Assembly: GCF_006345805.1 (NCBI RefSeq)
Contig: NC_043013.1
Span: 45,632,001-45,696,000 of the forward strand
Source of the DNA: Octopus sinensis
Taxonomy: Eukaryota
Length of the DNA stretch: 64,000 nucleotides
Direction: 5' to 3'
Positions 51,767 to 64,000 of this stretch are shown one piece after another (the first letter of the stretch is position 1; each line of letters starts with the position of its first letter). Under the pieces are notes generated by a model. It saw only the letters and a list, made by a program, of their open reading frames with translations. It was not told the DNA's origin and did not search any database. Both the position numbers and the translations under genes were made by a program.

Positions 51767-54700
51767 GTTTCTTTAATTCCTGATTGCTATGCAATGTGGT
51801 GTTTTGACCCTACCCACTTGTCATATATAGTAATTCCAAAGTGTAAACATGTGTATTAATGTTGATTTATTTCAATTTAAAACTAGGAAAAAGAAACACT
51901 TTTAATTTTTATGTTTGTTTTGTAGACAGATTTTCAATTACTTTTCTATAATTGAGAATCTGTCTAAAAAAAACCAAACAAACATTTGTGTTTATAAAAT
52001 TTTCTCAGTCAAGCAATTACCTCTGAGATTGTTTATTGATTACACATGAAATTTGCTTGTACTTGTAAGCATTCTTCTTCACTAATTTGTTCTGTAGAGC
52101 TTACTAAGTGTCTCCTCCTCCTCTTCCTCATCTGAAGAAAACTAAACTGGTTTCTTTAATATCATCTCGAATATCTTCCCCTCTACAGCCTACAAAGCAT
52201 TGCATTTATATTTTGTTTATACAAGATGAATATAATTCTATGGTGAAGGCCTCAGGATTCAAACAAGAAACTTCAGAAATTTCCCACCTGTGTATTTTAC
52301 ATTTAATTTTTGGCTAGCATCTGAAACCATCCAATTAATTGTAGTTTACAATTTTTTAAAATAAATATTAGATTTTTGTTTTGGTTTTCACTTTCCTGCC
52401 ATCATTAAGAAAAATTGCATTATTATTATTATTATTATCCCTAAACTGTGAAGTTTGACTCAATTATAAACAGATTTTAGGCCCAGTATCAGAGTTAGTC
52501 TTATCACTATGTATCGCTGTCTTGCTGTAAGGATTGGTGTTTTTCTTTTATATATACATGTGTATATATATATATATATATTTGCTAATAAATCCTGGAT
52601 TATATAAAAAAATTATCTGATTCTTCTAATTGAAAAAAGCCTGTTGACTGCTATTATTCATATTTAATTGGAGAATTATATAGTCAAAAGAAAATTAAGA
52701 AAATTTTTTAACATTGTCTGAGCATTCTGAATTTTCTCATCAACCAATAGCATTGCTCTACTTGAGTTTAATCATTAATTTTCTCTAACCAATGCAAGTT
52801 TTTTTTTTAATTAGAATAATCCAGAATCTTTGTCATCCATTCATTTGTCAAAGATGTGATAATCTTTAAGCTGATATCTTTGTTTAATACCCTGAAATGA
52901 CTGAATCTAACTATTCAGTGAAAATTTCGTATGGAACAAGAAATTCTTGATAGATTCTAAAAATTCAGTTTTTGGGTTTGAAGTGTGTAGCTTCGTTTTA
53001 TTTTATTGTAATTTGTGCTGTTTAGTTTATTCATCTAATTAAGTTAACAGTTGGTCCACATCAGTGAGACATTTTTTTTTCCTCCCATATATAGGAACAA
53101 ACCTCCACACTATAAGTTCAGATAAAATGTTTTATTTAATGAGATAATACTCCCTAAAAGATGACAACTCTGCCACAGGTAGTTTCATGCCAATATTTTT
53201 AGAGCTTGCATTTATGGCTCTTTATATCACCATCAGCTTTGTGAAATATACCAGCTAACCCTGACTTTTTCTTTTTTTTTTTTTGGTGCAGATAAAAAAA
53301 TAATTTGGATCCAAAAGTCATGTTGTCATCTGGTCCTAGTTGTGGTTACTTGAGTATCTTAATATTAATTGCTAATAGCTGCCTGTCACTAAGAGCCTTT
53401 TAACGACCTCTCTTCACTCTTATCTCTCTCAATGTCTGCTCATAACTAAAATCCCCTACAATTAGTTTATTGATAAACAAATTGGATGTAGGAAAAAATA
53501 TTTCAGCTTAAAAGATTTTGACTGCATTATCATTTGAGCAGTTATTTCGATGCAACTCTTATCTCCTTTTTAATTCTGTCGAACACTAGATTGCTTCGTT
53601 AGGATCTTCTATTCATTAATCTCATAAAACACACATTTCCGAAAATTGAAGATTTTTTTTTTTCCTTTTGCTTTTATTCTTCACCTAACAAAACATCTCC
53701 TTTGAGCATACATTAGAACGTGCCTTTAAAACATATAGTTCTAATTAGTTGATTGCCTTTATCCAGAGTCTTTTGAAGTTTTTTTTTCTATATTTTCTTT
53801 TGGGTCATGTTTTCATCAAATTTAGGATAATAAAGTGAGACTTAGAGAGAAAGAGAGAAAAAAAGGATGACCATTTTGAGAGGATAGTTCATTCAGTGTT
53901 GTACATATGAGAGTAGTTTTGTTTACATTATTATTATTATTATTAACTGCTCTTCTATAGAAATGTGAAAATGGATTTTTGGAAGTATATTCTAACAGAT
54001 TTAATAATCTGACTTTGTGAGAGATTTGTACAGTTGTATTACACTATACCATACGTATAAATGTGGCACCTCTGACTGCTAAATGACCTCATGAAGTTCA
54101 GTTATTAGAATATTTATTTTGTTGATCTGTATTATAGGTTTGATACAGCTAAATCATCTATTTTACAGTTTGATATCTTGGAAAATAACCAAATTTCATT
54201 CTATCTTTTGAAAAAAAGAGGGAAAAAAAAAGAGAAAAACAGGAAAAAAGATACAGAAAAAAAAAGCATTTACACTGTTTATATTTCACCATTCTTCTCA
54301 GATGTTTCACTCAAAGCATTTTTCCATACCCCCCCCCCTTTTTTTTTTTCAAAATACCTTTTTCAACTGATCCTTGGTCCCTTACCTTGGATTGTGACAA
54401 TCTCATTGGCCTAAGCCTTAATTACATCAAAATTGGTGTCGGTGTCCACCAATTTCTCTATTATTCCTCAATGCAGTCCTGAAACAAACTTAAAATCAAA
54501 TTCAAAAATATTTTGTTGACTCTTAGCTTAATCATTTTCATTGGATATTTAATAGAAATATTTTCTTCTTGCTGGAAGATTTTTGAAATTTTATATTAAA
54601 AAACAGAAAAAAGGAAAATATTTTATTATATTGCTGCTGTTTGATGTGCCGTTAAATTTTCTCAAGAAAGAAAGAAAGAAAAAAAAAAAGATCAACATGC

Positions 54701-56510
54701 AGTCTTTTGTGAACCCATTACCATTCTACTGCTGGCTAGGGCAGTTTTGACAATCTTTTTTTTTTTTTTTCTTCGGTGGTTGTCCTCCTGCACTGGCTAG
54801 TCTTAACATTGTCAGCTAGAAGCTCTCTTGTAATGTTAGCATTAAATATATGTATTTAATACAAGACTGTATACAATTCAATTCTTTTGAGATTTATTGT
54901 TAGTCTGAGACAAACCTAAAAAAAAAAGCTACATGTAGTAGTACCATTATTCATGAGTCTTGTGCAAGATTCTTGTCGAATTCATTAAATCTATTGTCAG
55001 TGTCATTTTTTTTTTTTTTTTTTGCCTGATCTTTCTCTTCCATTCAAAAGACAAATATCTATTTCAATAATTCCATGAAATTGTATTACATTTCTAAAGA
55101 ATGAATCTTTCCAATGTTTTTATCTTCACCATCTCCCAGTAAGAGAGGGTTATTATTATTATTATTTTTTTTTTTTTCTAATGTTCTCAGGGTTAGTTAT
55201 TTATTGATGGTATATTTCTACAACACTTCCATTTGAGTATGCTACCTAGTTTCAGAACATAGATGATGGTAATTTCTACATGGTAATTGTTCCATGTCAA
55301 TTTAGGCTTTGGTAAATGTTCCATTACTGTCTTTTCTTTCTGGAAATCAACTTGCACAAGAAGATGATTTATAATTCAGAGCCTCATATACAAAACTTAC
55401 TCCATTTAGATTAAAATGAAAAAATAAAACAAAATAAAAGCCTAATTCCATTTTCCTCCCCAAAATACATCAAAGTTATATTTTGTTATATGTTACAAAT
55501 TGTTTTTTTTTTTTTTCTTTTTCATTGTTCTTCTAACTGTTTATTTTGCCACCAGCAGAGCTTAAAAGTATTTAATCTAGAATTGGACTAACTGTACCAA
55601 AGACATTAAAAATAAATAAAAGATAGACAACAACAAGTGTAATTAGTATAAAATAATTAATATAATATCATTTCATTTAATAGAATATCCAGCATGTATT
55701 GAGTCGTTTTTGCATCTTAGTTCAATTTCAATTTCCAGTTCAGAAATATTCTTACCCAACTCTTTCATCACATCCCATAAAGTAATTTCATTGTCTATCA
55801 CCACCACCACCTCCACCTTCACCACCACCACCTCAACTACAACCACCACCACCACCAACTCCCAACATGCCAGCTGTTTGTCAAGAATCACAATTCAGTT
55901 TTGCAGATGGTCTTTTACGTTTTTGTTATCTTGTGTCCCTTCTCCTTTTTCTTTTATAATAAAGTTTTATTGGAATGAAATCGAATTGGTATATTTCATT
56001 CGATTGGATGTTTTTTTTTTTTCATTCTTTATTTTCTTCATTGTTTCTGTGTACAAGCTTGATTCTTCCAGATACTCTACATTACACATACACTCACACT
56101 CTATCTTTCATGTTTCTTTCTATCTGTCTCTGTCTGTCTGTCTGTCTGTCTGTCTCTCACATTTTCTTTATTTAAAGGATTGAAAGAAATCTGACAGTGA
56201 ATGTTTTTCAAAAACTCTTTATTTTCTGAAGAATGTCTAATTCATCCCTATTATGGTAACAAGGACTAGACCAGATTGGATGTGTTTTGTATTCTCAAGG
56301 TGCAAGTTTGGAGAAAACTTGATAAATCTTTGTGGATAAAATATTTGAGAGAGTAACATGATGTTATACATATCAACCGGTTTCAATTGAAATAATTCCA
56401 AAGAAGAGATGCTTCGTGTCCTTCAAATGAAAAGCAACTGTTACTTTTTGGACCTAATATAAAGATTTATTCTTTTAAGGAGGGGGGAAAAGAGAAAAAA
56501 AAAATCATGG
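48740..56510 (+). other. Probable long FoxK 3' UTR (TE-free, poly-T/AT-rich); true end unknown
   Basis: Follows the stop codon; none of the local repeat families seen until ~56514; AATAAA hexamers at e.g. 48775, 51514, 55958. Confidence 0.5.
55798..55862. repeat. Imperfect (ACC)n microsatellite
   Basis: Directly visible. Confidence 0.85.
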
Positions 56511-56513
56511 TTT

Positions 56514-56758
56514 ATTCTCTTTTAATTGTTTCAGTTATTTGACTGTGGCCATGCTGGAGCACCGCCTTTAGTCGAGCAAACTGACCCCCTAGGACTTACT
56601 CTTTGTAAGCCTAGTACTTATTCTATCGGTCTCTTTTGCTGAACCGCTAAGTTACGGGGGACGTAAACATACCAGCATCGGTTGTCATGCAATGTTGGGG
56701 GGACAATCACAGACACAAACATACACATAGACAGAAACTGAAAGAAGCCCGTCGTAAT

Positions 56759-56843
<85 letters not shown>

Positions 56844-57012
56844 TAATTGCGACGGGCTTCTTTCAGTTTCTGTCTACCAAATCCACTCACAAATCTTTGG
56901 TCGGCCCCAGGCTATAGTAGAAGACACCTGCCCAAGGTGCTGCACAGTGGGACTGAACCCGGAAGCATGTGGTTTGTAAGCAGGCTACTTACCACACATA
57001 GGCGTAGGAGTG
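56514..57012 (-). mobile_element. SINE family A with expanded (TA)n(CA)n core
   Basis: Match to the other copies. Confidence 0.82.
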
Positions 57013-57632
57013 GCTATGAAAGAAAATTTAAGATAGCAGTCACTTTCAAACTGGGTTACTGAGAAAATCTGTTGGAGTTTACATAACATATACTACACCT
57101 TAGTCATTGCTCAACCGTCTAGTATTAAAAATATAGATATTTATCATTTTATATCTATATCAGAGATCCTAAAACCAAGGTGCCATGTAAAAAGCATTGG
57201 TGTGTGTGTGTGCTACTGCCACATAAAAAGCACTGATAAAAAAGCATCCAGTATACAGTGTAGAGTAGTTGATATTAGGAAGGGCATCTAGAGACCATGC
57301 CAAAACAGGCTTTGGAACCTGGTGCAGTGCTTGGCCTTGCCAGTTTCTGTCAAGTTGTCCAACCCATGCCAGCATGGAAAATGGATGTTAAATGATGAGA
57401 TTTATATTTAAAAAAATGTTGACCAGCTTTATATTCATTGTTCTTGCTAGTGAGTAGTATTATAACCAATTGTTTCACAGTTACACATCTTTCCATAATA
57501 AGAAGTAGTGGTAGTTTAAACTTAGACCATTTTCCTCAGTAATTCAGCTATTATAGGAAACACTACTAGTGAAGAGAAAGTGAGGAACTAACAATATTTA
57601 TTCTGAATACTTCAATTACTTTTTTTTTTTAA

Positions 57633-57849
57633 CCCTTTAGTGTTCTGATAATTCTATCAAACATAATGCTTATTGATTCCCATTGATTTGAATTGATCAT
57701 GCATTATCTTATATCTTCAAGATCTTGATGGTGTAATTACTTAATGTAGAATAACATTGTAAGGTAGGTGTGAGAGCCTGGATCTGATCAGTTTGAACAT
57801 AAAACATTAAATATTTTGGCCGGATATGGCCGGTTTAAATACTAAAGGG
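57633..57849. mobile_element. piggyBac-like MITE family 1
   Basis: TTAA|CCCTTTAG ... CTAAAGGG|TTAA. Confidence 0.83.
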
Positions 57850-58202
57850 TTAAATTCCAAAATGTGATACTCAAATTTCTACAAAGAGAGAAAATATCAA
57901 GTATTTATATTTTTTTCTCAGTAAAGCATTGATTATCCACAAATGCCCTTATCCTTTTTGTTACCGACCTGCTTGTGGCTGTCCCTGGTTCTAAGACACA
58001 AACATTCTGTTTTAAAATGATTGAAATTAAATTTTCCATCCAAAGTTCATGCTAATTGAAGCACTAGCTTAATAATGACAACATTATTTTCCTAAATTCT
58101 TAATTATTTAAAAAATTAATTGAAACAAAAGGAATATATTTCAGCAGGATTATGGTAATCAAAGGATTAAATACTGGTGTGAAAATTAGCTGCACATGCA
58201 TT

Positions 58203-58472
58203 GTGGAGGCGCAATGGCCCAATGGTTAGGGTAGCGGAGGATCGCGGTTTCGATTCCCAGACTGGGTGTTGTGTGTGTTTATTGAGCGAAAACACCTAAA
58301 AACTCCACAAGGCGGTGGTGGCGACCCCTGTTGTACTCTTTCGCCACAACTTTCCTCACTCTCTCTTCCTGTTTCTTGAGTAACTCTGCAATGGACTGGA
58401 GTCTCATCCAGGTGGGGGGAACACATGCCACGGAAACTGGGCCCATGAGCCTGGCTAGGCTTAAAAAGGGTG
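58203..58472 (+). mobile_element. SINE family B, body type iii
   Basis: Same head as family B; 3' part gagtaac.ctgc.atggactgg...gggcccatgagcctggctaggctt shared with ~17633-17868. Confidence 0.75.
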
Positions 58473-58673
58473 ATGTTTATCAAAGCTTATTTATTAGTAT
58501 TGTCTTAAATTAATCATAGATTATCTTTTAGCGTCGAGATTTTGATGTGATTGTTTATTTTGATATCAAAATATAATTTTAAAATGATATCATAGGGTAT
58601 GTATGAGAGGCTAGATCTGGCCAGTTTGAACATAAAACTGGCAGAATGATTGAGCCAGATACGACTGGTTTAA

Positions 58674-58893
58674 CCCTTTCATTACCAACCTGGCTGAAAC
58701 CAGCTCTGGTTCTACATACAAGTATCTTGTTTTCATAAGTTCTGTATTAAAATCTTCCACCAAACCTTAGTCACAATTTATGTTCCTAACACTAGCTGAG
58801 TGATAACTAAATTATTTTACTAAATTCTTTGTTATATTTAAAGTAATTGAAAGGAACTCAGATCATCTCAAAATAAATACAGTAACGAAAGGG
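58674..58893. mobile_element. piggyBac-like MITE family 2, 220 bp, inserted at the TTAA of a family-1 remnant
   Basis: TTAA flanks at 58670-73 and 58894-97. Confidence 0.85.
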
Positions 58894-60059
58894 TTAAATT
58901 GATGTTTCAGATTCAAACTTGAACTAAACTATATCTGGGGATTCAAGCAACAGTTTCCCACTAATAGGACAAAAATAATTGCACTGCAGATAATTGTTTG
59001 TCCTTGTTTTTAGACCTCATTTTATGTTTTTGTTTTATTGACTTAATATCGCAGACCACTATCAACCTGTAAGTAGTTATATACACAAAATGTTGCCAAT
59101 ATTTGGTTTTCTAGGGGTGTTGTCTCCAGTAAGTCTGTCCATAAGATTCAAGTAAATGATTTGCTCTAAAATGTCACTTTAGGTTTGTATTATAAATTGA
59201 GGTGATTTCTTCCCCGCCTTTCCCCACTGCCTGATTGTGTAATACAAACTAAGTTGATTTCATGTTGAAACAGATCAAATAGTAAAGTCCAAAGCAGAAT
59301 TTTCATCTAGGACCTTGTAGATTCAGAAATAACGTCTTTATTCTGTACCACTCTTGAAAACAACGGATCAAATCTATGCATACCAACAGAAAGAACTTTA
59401 TACTATGAAAGTATGTCGCATTAATGATGCAACAAAAACCAAATAATGTTCTTGTGCGATTTATTGTGTATACAATTGATCTGACCTTTTCTTTTTGTAT
59501 ATCTGTTCCAAATCCTTGATATAGGCACTATGATGCTTGTTCACACATACAAACTTTATAAATTACTAAGTAGTTTTTGTACATTTCTCTTATTACTCAA
59601 GAACCCTGGGCCACATGCATCGCATCAATTGGAAATTATGTATATTGGCACCCAGTTATGATGGCGAGGGTTCTACTTGATCCAGTCAATGGAAACAGCC
59701 TGCTCATAAAATTAACGTGTTAGGAGCTGAGCTTGGTCCTTTTGAATTAGGGCTGAGTGAATCGGAGCAATGTGAAATAAAGTGTCTTGTTCAAAGACAC
59801 AATAGGCCATTGGGAATTGAATTCCCGACCTTACGATCATGACTTGAATACCGTAACCACTAAACCATGTAGCTTTTACATTTGGAAATTACTAGGAAAC
59901 TGCACACTTTCTGATATCTGTTCCAGCAGTTTTAGTCTAAATCAGTATTTAGTTAGGTTTCCAGCATTTCTGTATATTGATGATCATACTTGTCCTGTTA
60001 ACTTTAAAGAAACAGATTTTAAAATTCAAAATGTCATATCTAAGAGATTAATTTACAAA

Positions 60060-60857
60060 GAAGTTGGCCTAGTTACTTACAATTGATGGTCTGGCCCTTT
60101 TGAAGATAGTCAATGAACAGTTCCTTTTGCATCCCTAAAGACTGAGGCCATCACCTTCCCTGCAGATGAAACAATTTTGGCTTGTTTTGGAACAAATGAC
60201 TAGGGATGTTTCCACTGAATGGATTGTCTCTTTGTCTTTGGCTCACAGTGTTGAAGCCTCACTCATCTTGGGTTTGGAAACATTCAAGGAAGTCAGCTGG
60301 GTCTGCCTCAAAGAATGTCAGATTTTCTGTGATGTGATCAGCCTGGTGTACTTTCGATCAGGTGTCAGTAGACACAGCAAGTTCATAGTGCAGGATATTC
60401 CCAAGTCTCTCACAGGATCTGTTAATAGCATTGGCTGTTTGATTTAGTCTGTTATCCATCATCATGTAGTGAACACAATCAATGCTTTTCTTGGTGGTGG
60501 CAGGATGTCCAGACCTTGGGTCATCTTCAAGACTCTACATTCCCTCCTAAATCAGCTGCCTACTTTTGCACTGTTGATAAAACTGGAGCATCATCCCCTA
60601 ATGTAAAAACCATGTTACCATGAATGTCCTTGTGGGCTAAATCTCTTTTTTTCTGCAGGTACTTGATAACATCAGGACACCAAACGTTGTCCATTTTCAA
60701 GAAAAGTTGCTACCAGTTACTTTTGAAGTTTTCTTTGAAAAATCTGACGTCAGTTTACCTGGAAAGAAGCAATGCAGTTATTAGTAGGAAGAGTTGAAAT
60801 AAATGCTCAAGCATCACTCGTTTGTAGTCAGCTGATGATCTTTTCAGCCCACCCTTG
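60060..60857 (-). pseudogene. Mariner (Tc1/mariner) transposase remnant with one TIR end
   Basis: Minus strand SLEDDPRSGHPATT, NLTFFEADPADFLECFQTQDE*, LFIDYLQKGQTIN; TA|CAAGGGTGGGCTGAAAAG terminus at 60857; stops and frameshifts; 3' part missing. Confidence 0.85.
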
Positions 60858-61029
60858 TAGTGTATGTGTATTGTTTCTGAGGCAAATTGTCTTACCTGGT
60901 CTGTGACATTCAGGTGTTCTTTAACATGTGGCATCGTGTAGGGACCTTTCCTCGAATGCTGTGTTGCCGCAAATTTGGCATATAAACAAAACGGATACAC
61001 TAAGTATGTGCAACCAATAATATATACAT

Positions 61030-61410
61030 ACTCTTTACTCTTTTACTTGTTTCAGTCATTTGACTGCGGCCATGCTGGAGCACCGCCTTTAGTCGAGCAA
61101 ATCGACCCCGAGACTTATTCTTTGTAAGCCCAGTACTTATTCTATCGGTCTCTTTTTGCCGAACCGCTAAGTAACGGGGACGTAAACACACCAGCATCGG
61201 TTGTCAAGCAATGCTAGGGGGACAAACACAAACACACATACATATATATGACAGGCTTCTTTCAGTTTCTGTCTACCAAATCCACTCACAAGGCATTGGT
61301 CAGCCTGAGGCTATAGCAGAAGACACTTGCCCAAGATGCCACGCAGTGGGACTGAACCCGGAACCATGTGGCTGGTTAGCAAGCTACTTACCACACAGCC
61401 ACTCCTGCGT
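61030..61410 (-). mobile_element. SINE family A
   Basis: Full-length match. Confidence 0.85.
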
Positions 61411-64000
61411 ATATATATATACGCGCACACACACACAAATACATAGCGTACAATCCTTTCGTGTAATATGTCATCATACACAACTCAAATCATTTTGTTA
61501 TAAGAAAATTTTATTAATCGTTTTGTAAATATTTAAAAAAAAAGAAAAGCTGATTTAATCATATTTCTTTAATAGTATGTTTAGACTGTTTAAAGTTGAT
61601 TTAAAAAAAAAAAAAAAAAAAAAAGCCAATTTTGACTGCTTCGTCAAGGATTTGCCCCTCTTGAGAGATTAAGCAAAACCCATCATACATCAGCAAGGAA
61701 AAAGATGAAGGATTAACAAACATGAAAAGTAATTAGTGAAGTATAAGATGAATATTTTAAGATGATTAATCTGATAAACATTTAATCTTTATGATCTTAG
61801 TGAACCTAATCATTTTGCAATTTTCCTTAGTTTCTAATATCCGATATAATATCAATATAATAATTTTATGTTTGAACAAACTGAATTATGAGGATTTTAA
61901 ATGTTTATAAACAAAAACAATAATAATGTGGTTAGATAGATTATCTGATAATTCTGCTAATGGATAATCTGTAATTGATGTCAGCAGTTTGCAATAAAAT
62001 TAACTCGCCTAACGATGATGATGATAATTTCTAACAAAGGCACGTAGCCTTAAATTTGGAGGAGGGATATGATTGATTACTCTGAGCCCAGTACGTAACT
62101 GGTATTTTATTTTATTGCAATGATGAAAAGCTTGGCAGAATTTGAACTCGGAACATAAAGGTCCACAAGTCATTTTGTCTGCTGTGCTAACAATTCTGCC
62201 AATCCTCTGCCTTCATCATGGCAATTATTATATTTGTTTCTAACATAAACCTCAACCCCAGTGTTTAACTGGTACTTTGAATGAATGGTAAAATCAACCT
62301 TAGTGGCATTTAACTTCAGAATGTGAAGCTGGAAGTGATGCTGCTAAACATTTTTGGTCTGCCAGCTCAATCAATGCCCATGTTTCAAATTTTGGCACAA
62401 GGCCAGCAATTTTAGGAGATGATGATAATTATAGTAATAATCCTTACTACAATAGGCACAAAGTTTGAAATTGGGAAAGGGGTGGGGAGCTAGTCGATTA
62501 CAGTGACCCCAGTGCTTGATGGGTCCTTAATTTATTGACCCTGAAAGGATGAAAGGCAAAGTTGATCTTGGTGGAATTTGAACTCAGAACTTTAAGATGG
62601 ACGAAATGCCGCTAAGTATTTTGCCCAGTGTGCTAACGATTCTGCTAGCTTACCGCCTCAATAATAACAATAATAATAATCAGGGAATTTATTTTGTTAT
62701 TAACGAAGAGAAAGCGACATTAGGGTTCATTAATCCTGCAATTGTTAGTATGAATTAATGTTTAGTTCCTTTGTATATCTTTGTGAAGAACCAGGATCCA
62801 AATAATGGAAATGGACAACTAAGTACTTCTTAACCTATCTGTTTTAATAATGCAGAATGAAGGGGTGGGTGGGAGTAGACGCAAAAACTTTATGATATGA
62901 GAAATTATTTTTTTGATAATGACTTTCAAGTTTGTTAATTCTCCAAGATCTTTTCCCCAACATTCTTAGCAATCTGTTTGGCTTATTTCAGCACCATAGA
63001 AGCACTTGTTCACACTAAATATTAATTAAGGTCTGTGTGATAATTTAAATATGGTTAATTCTATATTCTTAGAAAAACTGTGTTAAGATATATCTCTGTC
63101 ACGCTAAACACAACATTAGTAATAAGAATTATTACTTATTTACTTCTTGTGGCAAAAACTGTTACTGTAATATTCTATTGAAGTTCAGCAGAGCCAGAGC
63201 ATTTTGAGCACCAAAGTTCAATTCTTGTTTACCCGTAAGCTTAAGGTCACTCACTAGTTTACTGGATTAAGGGTTTTAATCATACAAATACTCTGTGTTC
63301 TTGTGCCCTCCGTCGACCATGTAGGTTGTAGTAAATCTAAATTTTGTTAAATTTGTATATGGAAAGAAGCGGTTCTGATATTTGAAGATTGACCCTTTGT
63401 CTGACAGAAAAGTAATTGTGTGGCGTAGAGAAGTGGCCAGGGAAAGATTGGGAATCAAAAGCTTGGAGGATAGAAAGTAGAAGTTATGGAGGGGCATGCA
63501 TATTAAGTGGAAAATGGACAAGATATTAAGTAGAAGATGGACAAGATGTAAAATAGAAGGGAAGCTAGTCTGCAGTTAAATATATGCTCAACACGAGTGT
63601 GATGGCATGACTAATAGCTCTGGCTTAGTAATGTGCAATATTCACAACAAATCAAGGACAGCCACAATTGAGAAAGTGTTGGATCTCCTTAGATTTAGAG
63701 TGAATGTTGTTGTTGTGGTGGCAGTAGTGGGGGGTCTTTATTGTGCAGTTGGTGAAGATGGAAGAATAGTTGATACAGAAGTCAGAATAAATGGGGTTTA
63801 TAGAATATAGAGGTGGACAACAGGTGGATGTTATCCCTAGTGATAAAAATGTTGGATAAAGTGGAAGTGATAATATAATAAACAACTATACTAAAGTGTA
63901 AACATTCAATGCAATTGTTTGTTGAACAAAACACATTTTGTTGAAGTAACAATTAGGGATTAAATGTTTATCCTTTGTCAGACTTATCTTTGAGTTCCTT

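Noticed and set aside
55710-56183. 157-aa Ser/Thr-rich ORF
   Set aside because: It derives from (ACC)n, poly-T and (TCTG)n low-complexity sequence in the presumed UTR, has no ATG start and no splice link to FoxK.
60640-60665. Strong-looking acceptor tttttttctgcag
   Set aside because: It lies antisense within the mariner remnant, downstream of the FoxK stop, with no plausible exon following.

Overview
AT-rich, intron- and repeat-rich animal genomic DNA. The SINE/MITE/RTE repeat landscape looks like that of Octopus (inference from recall, not a database hit). The window holds one protein-coding gene on the + strand: the 3' seven coding exons of a FoxK (FOXK1/2-type) forkhead transcription factor. 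All introns are GT-AG and the phases join into one frame (1513 nt; 503 codons plus stop after a 1-nt phase remainder). The N-terminal FHA-domain exon(s) lie upstream of the window. Introns are packed with tRNA-derived SINEs, 5'-truncated RTE-type LINE ends with (ATG)n tails, ~220-bp TTAA-flanked piggyBac-like MITEs, two non-autonomous Helitrons, hAT-like MITEs and microsatellites. A mariner transposase remnant lies downstream of the gene. Most ORFs in the supplied track are spurious reads through repeats. I found no convincing novel multi-gene system. The most notable observations are: a tandem duplication with a chimeric SINE at its junction, a foldback carrying a hammerhead-ribozyme-like core, a candidate 16-nt poison microexon, a near-perfect intronic hairpin before the last exon, and a ~7.7-kb TE-free tract after the stop codon. 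Repeat boundaries are read by eye and are approximate unless termini or TSDs are quoted.
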